Shown here: positions 18,601 through 28,151 of the stretch, piece by piece | How positions within the stretch are numbered: the stretch's first letter is position 1 | Layout of the letters: every line of letters begins with the position of its first letter | NCBI GenBank assembly: GCA_963791555.1 | Contig: CAWBSQ010000005.1 | Coordinates: forward strand, 3,346 to 67,345 | DNA: 64,000 bases | DNA from: an uncultured Simkaniaceae bacterium | GTDB lineage: Bacteria > Chlamydiota > Chlamydiia > Chlamydiales > Rhabdochlamydiaceae | Direction: 5' to 3' | The notes under the pieces: model-generated | Seen by the model: only the letters and a program-made list of their open reading frames with translations | What the model was told of the DNA's origin: nothing | Databases searched by the model: none | Program-made: the position numbers and the translations under genes

Positions 18601-20400
18601 CTAAAATCCAACGTTCCCTAAGCGTCCCCTAATAAACTGAGCAAGCCTTTGAATTATACCCAAATCAATACGAACCCTCTGCATAAGAACCTTCGAGATG
18701 ACTTCTCCTGCATCCTCTAGACGGTCCTTCATCCTGCTCAAAATTGGGTCTGCTTTTTCATTGGCAGGTGCAATTGGAACGCTTTGATATTCGGGTAGAA
18801 CTTTCACTAAGACCTTGAATCTATCGAGGGCAGCCATTTTGAGTTTCGGATCGATTTTTGGATCGGTGAAAGCGGTTTTTCCGAAATGTGGATTCTTTAG
18901 TTTTTGGCGCAAAGCCTTTTCTTTTTTACACACTTCATAGATACAAGCATGGAGTTTTGCGCAAATCTTCTTACCATGAATCTTTTCCATTTCATTTAAA
19001 AGATTGGCAACACTATTCCAACGCTGTTTATTTATACACCTGTCTAATCCATCGATGCTGGAAAGCAGTTGAGATAGCGTCCTCTGCTTATGGAGCCTAG
19101 AAAACAAGTGATAAAATTCATTGGGCAATTCGGCGATCCGATTATGATCAAAATTAACCTTAGTCAAACGACGCGCCCCTAAATGACCGTCCGCTAAACG
19201 ATAGTTTCCTAGCTGTAAAATCTCTTTAGGTATTTGGGTTAGATGATTATGACGTACAAAAAGATAATTCAAAGCCTTCAGCCTCCCAATTTCCCTAGGC
19301 AGATTAGCGAGGCGATTATTTGATAAATCAAGCTCGCTCAACCTTCTCAATTGCTTAATTTTTTTAGAAATAGCAGTCAGTTGATTATGACTCAAATCAA
19401 GATAAACTATTTTTTTTAGCTGATAGATCTCATTAGGCATCCTAGTTAGTCGATTATGCCGTAATTTAAGCTGCAATAATTTGTGTTGTAGTTGTTCAAT
19501 CTCCCTAGGAAGATTAGTAAGACAATTATTTTCCAATCTAAGGGTTTCCAAAAAGCGAAGTTCTCCAATTTCTCTCGGAATGCTGGCAAGGAAATTATTT
19601 TCTAAATGTAGGCTGCGCAAATTCCTGCAAAGCCGTATCTCTGGAGGCAGAAGCGTTAAGCCAACTTGTTCTAAATTCAAATCGTTAAAAGCTATTAGAT
19701 CAGCTTGATGTTGTCCAAACCACTCTCTGATTTTTTCGGCATTTTGCAGAGTAGTTACAGAATCTTCTGCAAATCGCAGCTGTTCATTTTCTAAATCTGC
19801 AAGCGGATTTCCCCTATGAATTCCGCGTGCCATCCTCAAGAGATTCCTTGCTTCGATGAATTCAAAGAACTTTCCAACGGATTGGTAGTTTGGCTCTTCT
19901 AGATGCTCGAGTTTGCTCAAGTCTTTAGCCAAAGACATTAACTGACTCAAACCTTGGATTTTTTCTGCTTCGGTCGAAGTAATGCAAGGACAGCGCCCAT
20001 ATCTGGCAATAAGAAGGGCTAACCCATGAGTTTTGATGATATGAGAAGCACTATCGAGCTCTGAGTTTGCTTTACTGGCGCATTTCAGATTGGCTAAATC
20101 TTTCCCCGAAAGAAATGGGGTCAGGTGGGCTTTTGTCATTTCTTTTGGAAGTGTTGGCAGTAGATTGGGCAAGCGTTCTTTTCCGCCTTGGATCAATTGC
20201 TGAACAGCATTTTTCAATCTTATTTTGCCGATCTTGTCCCAATTCACTGTTGAACGAGAAATTTTGCAGAGCGCTAGAAATGCAATCCGATCTTTTTTAT
20301 CTAAGGAACGAAATGCTAACGTTCTCCCCTGCTCCTTTTCGATAGCATGAGATAAATAGGATAACTGCTCATACCTTGATGATTGCATTTGAAAAACCAT
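18601..20400 (-). CDS. LRR-family paralogue (about 8 diverged repeats, extended C-terminus)
   Basis: Shares the N-domain (SRYEQLSYLSHAIEKEQGRTLAFRSLDKKDRIAFLALCK) and C-domain (KLHACIYEVCKKEKALRQKLKNPHFGK). Repeats are of the form LP[RN]EIxxL. Confidence 0.9.
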   Translation of the reverse strand: MVFQMQSSRYEQLSYLSHAIEKEQGRTLAFRSLDKKDRIAFLALCKISRSTVNWDKIGKIRLKNAVQQLIQGGKERLPNLLPTLPKEMTKAHLTPFLSGKDLANLKCASKANSELDSASHIIKTHGLALLIARYGRCPCITSTEAEKIQGLSQLMSLAKDLSKLEHLEEPNYQSVGKFFEFIEARNLLRMARGIHRGNPLADLENEQLRFAEDSVTTLQNAEKIREWFGQHQADLIAFNDLNLEQVGLTLLPPEIRLCRNLRSLHLENNFLASIPREIGELRFLETLRLENNCLTNLPREIEQLQHKLLQLKLRHNRLTRMPNEIYQLKKIVYLDLSHNQLTAISKKIKQLRRLSELDLSNNRLANLPREIGRLKALNYLFVRHNHLTQIPKEILQLGNYRLADGHLGARRLTKVNFDHNRIAELPNEFYHLFSRLHKQRTLSQLLSSIDGLDRCINKQRWNSVANLLNEMEKIHGKKICAKLHACIYEVCKKEKALRQKLKNPHFGKTAFTDPKIDPKLKMAALDRFKVLVKVLPEYQSVPIAPANEKADPILSRMKDRLEDAGEVISKVLMQRVRIDLGIIQRLAQFIRGRLGNVGF

Positions 20401-20474
20401 AATTACCTTAATTAATATTTTATTACATTTTTAAATTACAAACAAATATGAAAACAATTATCCGCATTATCATA

Positions 20475-21530
20475 TTAGCGCATAGATGATAAAAATGCGT
20501 TAAAGTCGCCGAACCAATTCGTAACTTGCGTAACTATAAAATTCTTCACAGGTGTTACAAACTTTGCATAGTCCCTTGATTTCTGTGCATTCACCTGTTC
20601 GTTGTTAAGACGTTTAGAATCTAAACTTGCGATCTTCGCACGCGTATTGGTCTTATTTCTAGTTGAAGAAACCGAATGGCTCTGCTCTGTAATCTGATGC
20701 TCTGCTCGACTTCTGTTTACGATCGGAAAACTTCTGGTTTCCATCGGATAATTTATAGCTATCATCGAAGAATCAGCAGGCATTTGTTTTGATTTCGATG
20801 CGAGTAAGTCTCTCACCAACGAATTCATGAGTTCTTTATCATCTTTTGATATCTTATATGAACGAAAAGAAGACTTACGGTTTTTGTCTTCTTTCCTTAA
20901 AACAACTTGCCCATCATTCTGATTCTTACTAAGTTGCTTGGATTCTTTGCGATGAACAGGGCGCTTCTTGCTTTGATTTTCCTTAGGTATACTCATCATT
21001 GTTTCAAATTGATCAAGAGCAACGAGTTTTAATTTAGGATTGATTTGCGGATCGGTGAACGCTTTCCGCCCGAAGTGCGGGATTTTCATTTTTGATTGTA
21101 AGGTCTTCTCTTTTTTACACACCGTATGGATGCAAGCATGGAGTTTTGAGCGTATCTCTGTGCCATGAAACTTTTCCACTTTACCCAGAAGCACTCCAAT
21201 GCTTTTGCAATTGTGCTTTCCTTTTATGCACCTTCTTAAGTGTGTGAGGATAGTTGCCATTGACAGCTCTTTAATCGGCTTTTGTGGCTGAAGCCCTGTC
21301 GACCCTTGCAATAATGTCTGCACACAGCCTCTAAGCTGTCTTTTCTCAATGTTGTTCCAATCGATCTTATCACCGTTGATTTTGTTCAGGGCAAGAAAAG
21401 CGATGCGATCCTGTTTATTTAAAGTTTGAAAAGCTAGTTCGCGTCCTTTCCCTTTTTCAATGGCATATGAAAAAGCAGTTAACTGCTCATGTCTTGATGC
21501 TTGTGTTAAATAAATTGAATGAATAGCCAT
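20475..21530 (-). CDS. LRR-family paralogue lacking the LRR array and middle domain, with a low-complexity C-terminal extension
   Basis: N-domain residues 1-75 are joined directly to the C-domain (ILTHLRRCIKGKHNCKSIGVLLGKVEKFHGTEIRSKLHACIHTVCKKEK...). A Ser/Lys/Asn-rich tail of about 170 aa follows. Confidence 0.75.
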   Translation of the reverse strand: MAIHSIYLTQASRHEQLTAFSYAIEKGKGRELAFQTLNKQDRIAFLALNKINGDKIDWNNIEKRQLRGCVQTLLQGSTGLQPQKPIKELSMATILTHLRRCIKGKHNCKSIGVLLGKVEKFHGTEIRSKLHACIHTVCKKEKTLQSKMKIPHFGRKAFTDPQINPKLKLVALDQFETMMSIPKENQSKKRPVHRKESKQLSKNQNDGQVVLRKEDKNRKSSFRSYKISKDDKELMNSLVRDLLASKSKQMPADSSMIAINYPMETRSFPIVNRSRAEHQITEQSHSVSSTRNKTNTRAKIASLDSKRLNNEQVNAQKSRDYAKFVTPVKNFIVTQVTNWFGDFNAFLSSMR

Positions 21531-21678
21531 TTCTAACTCCTTATGATTTTAATCAATTAATATTACATGTAATCAACAAATGATTCACCAAAAATCATTT
21601 TTATAAAAAATGTAAACTGAAAATTTTAATAATAAACATTAGAAGCTGTTTAAAAACAGCTTCAATAAAATTGCCCTG

Positions 21679-23670
21679 TTAGTTCACTTTAAACAGACAT
21701 TTGAAGCGATCCAAAGCGGCTATTTTAAGCTTCGGATCGATCGCTGGATCGACAAGGGCTTTTCTGCCAAAGTGCGAACTGCTCAGCTTTTTGCGCAAAG
21801 CCTTTTCATTTTTACATACTTCATAAATGCAGATATGGAGTTTTGAGCGCATTTCCTTGCCTTGGAATTTTTCCATTTTATCCAGAAGAACGGCGATGGC
21901 CTTACAGTCATGCTTTCCACTTAAGCATCTCTTCAATCGCCGGAGGATCGTCTGCATTTGAAACGCTTTATTCTGTCCCTTGAGTTTAGTGCTGTGGTTT
22001 TCTAATCCAGCAGGTAAATCGATAAAGCCATTTCCACCTAGGAAAAGACTATTCAAAGCCTCTAGCTGCCTCATCTCTTTAGGTAGGTTAGCTAGTCGAT
22101 TATTCCCTAACCAAAGACGGGTCAAAGAACCTAACTGCCCAATTTCTTTGGGTAGGCTAGTCAATCGATTGTTGTTTAAAAAAAGCCAAGACAAAGCCTC
22201 TAACTGCCTTATCTCTTTAGGCAGGCTAGTCAAACGATTATCATCTAGACCCAGCCGAGCTAAAGTCCTTAGCCGTCCTATCTCTTTGGGTAAGCTTCTA
22301 AGGCGATTATTTGTTAAATCAAGATCAGTCAATGCCCTTAGCCGTCCAATCTCTTTAGGCAGGCTAGTCAGGCAATTATCTTTTAAACCAAGCATAGTCA
22401 AAGCCTTTAGCCGCCCAATCTCTTTAGGTAGGCTGGTCAGGCGATTATTTCCTAAAAGAAGAAAGGTCAAAGCCCTTAGCTGCCCGATCTCTTTAGATAG
22501 GCTCGACAGACGATTACCTTCTAAATCAAACTGAGTCAAAGCCCTTAGCCGCCCGATTTCTCTAGGCAGGCTAGTCAGGCGATTATTTCCTAAACCAAGC
22601 CGAATCAAAGCCCTCAGCCGTCCAATCTCTTTAGGTAGGCTCATCAGACGATTACCTTCTAAATCAAGCCCAATCAAAGCTCTTAGCTGACCAATTTCTT
22701 TAGGCAGGCGCGTCAGATGATTTCTTTCTAAACCAAGCTCCTGCAAGGCCTCTAATTGCCCAATTTGTCTAGGCAGGCTTGTCAGGCGATTATCATCTAA
22801 CCAAAGCCGATTTAATGCCCTTAGCTCCCTAATCTCTTTAGGTAGGCTATTTAGGCAATTATTTTGCAAACTAAGCACAGTCAAAGCCCTTAGCTGCCCG
22901 ATCTCTGGAGGTAGAAGACTTAACTCACAGAGGCTCAAATTCAATTCGTTGAAAGCTGTTAGATCCGCTTGATGTTGTCCAAACCATTCTCTGATTTGTT
23001 CTGCTCTTTGCAACGTACTTTTGGAATCTGCAGCAATCTCCAACTGTGCACCTTGTAAACCTGCAAGAGGATGTTCTTCCTGCATTTCAGCTGCCATCCT
23101 AATAAGATTTCTCGCTTCGACTAGTTCGAAAAAATTTCTTACGGATTGGTAGCTTGGCGATTCTAGCTCCTCGAGTTCGCTCACATCTTTGGCCAAAGAC
23201 ATCAGTTGATCTAAGATCTTGATTTTTTCGTCCTCAGTCAGTGTATCGCAATAACGATGGCAGTATTTCGCAATGAGAGGCGCAAGATGGTAGGTTTTAA
23301 TGATGTGAGAAGCATCGTCTACTTCCGAAGCAGGCTTGCAGGTGCTTTGCACATTGGCTATATCTTTCCCTGACAGAAATGGGGTTAGATGCGCTTTTAT
23401 CATCTCCTTCGGAGGCAATTTTAGAAGATTGGGCCATCTTGGCCCATGGATCAAGTACTGAACACAGTTTCTTAGCTTTTGTTTGCCTATCTGATCCCAA
23501 TTGATCGTCGAGGTAGAGATGTTGCCTAACGCTATAAAAACAATGTGATCCCTTTTATCTAACGTTAGAAAAGCGAGGGTTCTCCCCTGTTCTTTTTCGA
23601 TGGCCTGCGAAAAATAGGTTAAACACTCACGCCTTGATGCTTGTCTTGAATATATTGAATGTAAAGTCAT
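21679..23670 (-). CDS. LRR-family paralogue (13 repeats)
   Basis: Thirteen LP[KR][EQ][IM][GR]xL motifs at 23-aa spacing, plus the family N- and C-domains. Confidence 0.9.
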   Translation of the reverse strand: MTLHSIYSRQASRRECLTYFSQAIEKEQGRTLAFLTLDKRDHIVFIALGNISTSTINWDQIGKQKLRNCVQYLIHGPRWPNLLKLPPKEMIKAHLTPFLSGKDIANVQSTCKPASEVDDASHIIKTYHLAPLIAKYCHRYCDTLTEDEKIKILDQLMSLAKDVSELEELESPSYQSVRNFFELVEARNLIRMAAEMQEEHPLAGLQGAQLEIAADSKSTLQRAEQIREWFGQHQADLTAFNELNLSLCELSLLPPEIGQLRALTVLSLQNNCLNSLPKEIRELRALNRLWLDDNRLTSLPRQIGQLEALQELGLERNHLTRLPKEIGQLRALIGLDLEGNRLMSLPKEIGRLRALIRLGLGNNRLTSLPREIGRLRALTQFDLEGNRLSSLSKEIGQLRALTFLLLGNNRLTSLPKEIGRLKALTMLGLKDNCLTSLPKEIGRLRALTDLDLTNNRLRSLPKEIGRLRTLARLGLDDNRLTSLPKEIRQLEALSWLFLNNNRLTSLPKEIGQLGSLTRLWLGNNRLANLPKEMRQLEALNSLFLGGNGFIDLPAGLENHSTKLKGQNKAFQMQTILRRLKRCLSGKHDCKAIAVLLDKMEKFQGKEMRSKLHICIYEVCKNEKALRKKLSSSHFGRKALVDPAIDPKLKIAALDRFKCLFKVN

Positions 23671-23948
23671 TTTTAGTCTTTTGTATCTTTGTTATTAATT
23701 AAAATAAATAAAAGCTGCATTTGCAGTTTACTTGCATTTTTTTGAATTGCACCGAAACAACTTGAAGAATCGGATCTTAAGCAAAGTCAGCGTCTTGAAT
23801 TTGAACCAGGAATTAGAGTCTGTCATTGAAAGCTGGTTTCAATGATAAACTCTTAGCCGGCGACTAAGCATCGCCTGTGTATGCATAGATGCGATGTAGT
23901 CAGATTCAAAAGCAGGGATGGTAGTGAAGCCAAAAACCAATTTTCGAG

Positions 23949-25391
23949 TCAGGATGTATATAAGCGCTCAAATCGCTTGAGGGCGGCTAATTTAAGCTTC
24001 GGATCGATGGTTGGATCGATAAGAGCTGTTCTACCGAATTGCGAACTATTCACCTTTTTGCGCAAAGATTTTTCTTTCTTACACACTTCTTGCATGTGTG
24101 CATGGAGTTTTGAGCGAATCTTCTTGCCTTGGAATTTTTCCATTTTATCTAGAAGAACAGCGATGCCCTTGCAGTCGTGCTTTCCACTTAAGCATTTTCT
24201 TAATCGACCAAGGAGCGTCTGCATTTGAAGTGTTTTGCACTGCTGCTTTAGTTGCTCTCCAAAGCGCTTTAAATTATCCGGCAATTCGACAAGACCATTT
24301 TTACTTAAACTAACCGTTCTTAAAGTCATTATCTGTCGGATTTCTTTCGGCAAGCTAATCAGGCGATTATTTTGTACGAAGAGATTACTCAAAACCTTAA
24401 ACTGCCCAATCTCTGGAGGTAGACCAGACAGGCGATTATTATCTGACATAAGCGTAATCAAAGCCTTGAGCTGCCCGATCTCTTTCGGCAGATTGGTCAG
24501 GCGATTATTGTCTAAATCAAGCAGAGCCAAAGCCCTTAGTTGCCCGATCTCTTTAGGGAGGCTGGTCAGGCGATTATTGTATAACCAAAGATCAGTCAAA
24601 GCTCTTAGCTGCCCGATTTCAGGAGGTAGAAGGGTTAAATTACAGTTGTTCAAGTTCAATTGGACAAAAGCTTGTAAATCCGCATGATGTTGTCCAAACC
24701 ATGCTCTCACTTTTTCAGCTCTTTGCTGGGTACTTGCCGAATCTTTGGAAATCTTCAGTTGTGCAGCTTCTAAACCTATACCTATAAGAGGTCGTTTTTG
24801 ATGCATTTTAGCTACCATCCTAATGAGGTTTCTCGCTTCGATGAGTTCGAAGAACTTTCCAATAGATTGATAGGTTGGCATTGCTAGATGTTCGAGTTTG
24901 CTCAGGTCTTTGGCAAAAGACATCAGCTGGTTTAAAACTTTGATTTTTCCACCTTCGCTTAAGATTTCGCTATCTTGGTGGCAATATCTTGCAATGAGAG
25001 GGGTAAGACTATAGTTCTTGATGATTAAACTAGCATTGCTTAGTTCAGGAGCTGCTTTATACGTAGTCTGTAGATTCGCTAAATCCTCTAATGTAAGAAA
25101 TGGCGATAGATGTGCTTTGGTCATCTCCTGTGGAGGCAACTGCAATAGATTGGGCAATTTTGGCCCATGAAGCAAGTGCTGAACGGCGTTTCTCAGTGTT
25201 TCTTTGCCGATTTTCTTCCAACTGACCGTTGAGCCTTTGAATTTGCATAGAGCAAGCAATGTGATGCGATCTTTTTTATCTAATGATAGGAAAGCAAGTT
25301 TTCTTCCTTCCCCTTTTTCGATGGACTGCGAAAAATAGTTTAGGCGCTCATACCTTGATGTTTGTGTTGAATAAATTGAATGTAAGGTCAT
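23949..25391 (-). CDS. LRR-family paralogue (5 repeats)
   Basis: Five repeats. The N-domain is nearly identical to the 9330 gene (KLAFLSLDKKDRITLLALCKFKGSTVSWKKIG). Confidence 0.9.
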   Translation of the reverse strand: MTLHSIYSTQTSRYERLNYFSQSIEKGEGRKLAFLSLDKKDRITLLALCKFKGSTVSWKKIGKETLRNAVQHLLHGPKLPNLLQLPPQEMTKAHLSPFLTLEDLANLQTTYKAAPELSNASLIIKNYSLTPLIARYCHQDSEILSEGGKIKVLNQLMSFAKDLSKLEHLAMPTYQSIGKFFELIEARNLIRMVAKMHQKRPLIGIGLEAAQLKISKDSASTQQRAEKVRAWFGQHHADLQAFVQLNLNNCNLTLLPPEIGQLRALTDLWLYNNRLTSLPKEIGQLRALALLDLDNNRLTNLPKEIGQLKALITLMSDNNRLSGLPPEIGQFKVLSNLFVQNNRLISLPKEIRQIMTLRTVSLSKNGLVELPDNLKRFGEQLKQQCKTLQMQTLLGRLRKCLSGKHDCKGIAVLLDKMEKFQGKKIRSKLHAHMQEVCKKEKSLRKKVNSSQFGRTALIDPTIDPKLKLAALKRFERLYTS

Positions 25392-25615
25392 TTTTTAAAC
25401 CATGAATGCAATTGTTTGTAAATTTCAGAATAATTGTAATTGAAAAATACAAAAAATAACACAAAAAACGCTCCAATACAACAAATCGCATAAATTATTG
25501 CGCAATAAAAAAATGAACAGAAAATTATAGACGTAAAAATTAGAAAACTGTTTTTAAATAAAAAATTTTATAATAAGAAAAAATTGTTAAGTAATTATTA
25601 ATCTCAATTGCCAGA

Positions 25616-26143
25616 ATGTTTCCACCTTGCTATGCTAAAAACCTTTCTCCGATTGAACCGAGTAAAAAGGGAACGAACATGACAATGGGATACAACTTGG
25701 GCCAGCTAGCCGTTGGCTTGCATGAAAAAACATACGATTACCATTCTGGCATTATCGATGACCGCATGGAAAAAATCGATCGCCTTACTGAAAACCTCTC
25801 TCACTTTACCGATTTATTGACAGTGATCAATACAGAATTGCAAAAGAGCAAGACTCATCTCGATTTGTCTGCCCATGGCGACCTAGTCGACAGGGTACGT
25901 GAAATTTGCCCCGATCTCCTCCCTACAGGCGTTTATACATGGGATGGAGAAGATCCGATCAATCTCTTGAAAGATAATATCGTCCACCAGTCGAAGAAGA
26001 CGGGCTCGATTATCAATCCAGAGATGATGCTCAATACGCAAGGGATGCAGAACATCGTCGAACTCACGTCGGTCTTCACACAGATCATAAAAACCGAGCG
26101 CGAACAAGGACAGCGTTTTGTAAGCAATCAAAGACCTCACTAA
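25616..26143 (+). CDS. hypothetical protein, T3SS-associated by context (real start possibly the internal MTMGYNLG)
   Basis: ORF immediately upstream of the class II chaperone gene with a 13-nt gap. No motif recognised. Confidence 0.45.
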   Translation: MFPPCYAKNLSPIEPSKKGTNMTMGYNLGQLAVGLHEKTYDYHSGIIDDRMEKIDRLTENLSHFTDLLTVINTELQKSKTHLDLSAHGDLVDRVREICPDLLPTGVYTWDGEDPINLLKDNIVHQSKKTGSIINPEMMLNTQGMQNIVELTSVFTQIIKTEREQGQRFVSNQRPH

Positions 26144-26156
26144 CTCGAATCGAATC

Positions 26157-26555
26157 ATGAGCACCTTAATCGCCCAGGAAGATTTTCCTTCTTTGTATGC
26201 TGCCGCATACTCCTGCTATGAAGCGGGTGACTACGAAAAAGCAATCCAGCTTTTTACGGTGCTTACACAGTCTGCCCCCTTTGAGCAAGCGCATTGGCGA
26301 GGCCTAGCTTCGACCAGACAAATGCTCTCCGACTATGAAGCAGCTTTACACGCTTGGAGTATCGTTGCTCTATTGAATGAACAAGACCCCTTTGTGCATT
26401 TCCATGCAGCTGAATGCCTGATCTCGCTTGGCGATAGCCATGAGGCAGAAAAAGCACTTGATATGGCTGAAGCACGATTGGACAGCTCAACGCATGGCGA
26501 GCTGAAAAATAAGATTGAATTGTTAAGAACGATCCACATGAGCACGTTTTCATGA
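26157..26555 (+). CDS. type III secretion class II (translocator) chaperone, TPR, LcrH/SycD/Scc2-like
   Basis: 132 aa. TPR pattern YSCYEAGDYEKAIQLFTVLTQSAPFEQAHWRGLASTRQMLSDYEAALHAWSIVALLNEQDPFVHFHAAECLISLGD. Start/stop overlap with the downstream hydrophobic protein. Confidence 0.75.
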   Translation: MSTLIAQEDFPSLYAAAYSCYEAGDYEKAIQLFTVLTQSAPFEQAHWRGLASTRQMLSDYEAALHAWSIVALLNEQDPFVHFHAAECLISLGDSHEAEKALDMAEARLDSSTHGELKNKIELLRTIHMSTFS

Positions 26556-27469
26556 CTAAGATCAACTCGACGAATATTGATTCGCAATTGGTTTCGGTTT
26601 TTTCGACAGATTCTTCGCAGCAGACTCGGCAAACCGGATCGCAGCGTGCCACTACGAAAGACACTATCGAAACTGCACCCGCTGCAAAACCCCATTTCAC
26701 TCCCTCTAAACCTCGCCTGCTTCCAGAAGCGCACATCATTGGTGCTTCGGACAAGCTGTATAAAGTTGGAGAAAGGCAACTCCTGTTAAATACCGACGAG
26801 CTCGCAAAACAACACGACCTCCTCGAAAAACTCTGCCGTGAAAATATCGAGAAAATGAAAGAGACTGCTAGGCGTACTCAAGATCGAGGCACCTGGTCTT
26901 ATCTGCAAAAGATCGGCTCCAGCATCCTCTCCGCTATTTCGATCTATCTTGGATTCGCCACTTTGTCGACAGCGACTCTAGTTGGAGGAGCCCTCATCGG
27001 AGCTGGGATCATGACCTTGGCCAACATCGTACTTACAGAAGCCGGCTTTTGGGATTGGATCGTCGATAAGATGGCCAGCGATAACGAAGATCAAAGGAAA
27101 CTCTATCGCGAACTGGTGACAATTGCTGGACTCACTGTCATTGGCGGACAACTTTTTGCGCTTGGCGCATTAGCTGTCTTTGGGACGTTCAGCCTCGCCA
27201 CAATCGCTGCTCCTATCGCCCAGTTAGCCTTTACCATTGCTTCAACACTTTCTTCGGTGACTAACCAAATTTCTGAGGCCAGGGTCGCTTGGTCGCAGGC
27301 CGAGCTCACCGAATTAGAAGGTAAACTGGCTGTCAACCAACGTGAAACAGAACAACTCGTCCAGAGGCTCGAAGGAACACTAAATGAGCAGCAGCACACG
27401 TTCCGGGCAGCCAAACAAGTCATTGAATTAGGAATCGAAGCACGCCGTCAGGCTATTTATGCAATTTAA
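26552..27469 (+). CDS. putative T3SS hydrophobic translocator (CopB/YopB-like, short)
   Basis: Two long hydrophobic regions (ILSAISIYLGFATLSTATLVGGALIGAGIMTLANIVL; LVTIAGLTVIGGQLFALGALAVFGTFSLATIAAPIA) are flanked by coiled-coil-like segments. ATGA overlap with the chaperone gene. Confidence 0.5.
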   Translation: MTKINSTNIDSQLVSVFSTDSSQQTRQTGSQRATTKDTIETAPAAKPHFTPSKPRLLPEAHIIGASDKLYKVGERQLLLNTDELAKQHDLLEKLCRENIEKMKETARRTQDRGTWSYLQKIGSSILSAISIYLGFATLSTATLVGGALIGAGIMTLANIVLTEAGFWDWIVDKMASDNEDQRKLYRELVTIAGLTVIGGQLFALGALAVFGTFSLATIAAPIAQLAFTIASTLSSVTNQISEARVAWSQAELTELEGKLAVNQRETEQLVQRLEGTLNEQQHTFRAAKQVIELGIEARRQAIYAI

Positions 27470-27489
27470 TTAGAGGTAAAAATCACACT

Positions 27490-27948
27490 ATGGAAATGGA
27501 ATCAGCCGTATATCACTCTCTTAGACAATTAGGAAAATTAGCCACACTAGTGCCTGAGATGGAACATCTCAATACCACTATATCGAAACAGTACCTAAAC
27601 ATGATGAAGGGCCTCTACCAAAAGAACGTAACGGACAATCTCTATAAAACGGCGATCCATTTTGGTACAGCAGGAGCTTGTCTTGGTGCTAATAGTCTTT
27701 TGGGTCCTAACACCCGCTGGGGTCTAGATTCGATGACCGCTGGAGTAATTCCTCAGAAAGGGGGCGAAGCGCTTTCTTCTTTGGTAGGCTCAGATGAAAC
27801 GCACAATACTGGCGAACTTCGTAAAGTTGAGCATAAGCTCAATACGAGCGGCGATAAAAACAGCCGAGAGCTCTTGGAACAGTTCACGCGCTCAGTTCAA
27901 TCCCAGCAAGATGCAGCCCATCGGGCGCGTTCATTGAGTGGCGGTTAA
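27490..27948 (+). CDS. putative second translocator / T3SS substrate (CopD/YopD position)
   Basis: 152 aa with one hydrophobic stretch (AIHFGTAGACLGANSLLG). The call rests on position in the operon only. Confidence 0.35.
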   Translation: MEMESAVYHSLRQLGKLATLVPEMEHLNTTISKQYLNMMKGLYQKNVTDNLYKTAIHFGTAGACLGANSLLGPNTRWGLDSMTAGVIPQKGGEALSSLVGSDETHNTGELRKVEHKLNTSGDKNSRELLEQFTRSVQSQQDAAHRARSLSGG

Positions 27949-27973
27949 GAAAGCATTTGTAAATACTTTCTAA
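27946..27973. repeat. palindromic motif copy overlapping the stop codon (terminator-like)
   Basis: taagaaagcatttgtaaatactttctaa. It is a near-perfect palindrome, and the TAA stop of the 27490 gene forms its first three bases. Confidence 0.85.
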
Positions 27974-28151
27974 GAGCCCTCCACAAACGTATAGGCAATG
28001 TGATGCAAAAGTTGGCTTTTGCATCACGTTATGTAAATATCGTTTGTCTCACAGAGCAGAATCCGATCGAATTTTGCAAGCCACCTCTTGACTGTAGAGG
28101 AAATTCAGGTACAATCCGCAAAAGGGGCCTATTAAGGTCTTTTTAGGGGAT

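Noticed and set aside
21980-22534. 184-aa ORF antisense to the LRR array (similar ones at 10349..10588, 19481..19708, 24235..24687, 44666..45200, 46609..47221)
   Set aside because: These are repetitive PISLGRLV... translations, the mirror image of the LPKEIGQL repeats. They are kept open only by the repeat periodicity. Each is nested in a longer, well-supported LRR gene on the other strand.
22000-22900. Regular 69-bp periodic repeats that could resemble a CRISPR array
   Set aside because: The period is 69 bp with no unique spacers. The units are diverged copies encoding in-frame 23-residue LRRs inside a long ORF. No cas genes or leader are present.
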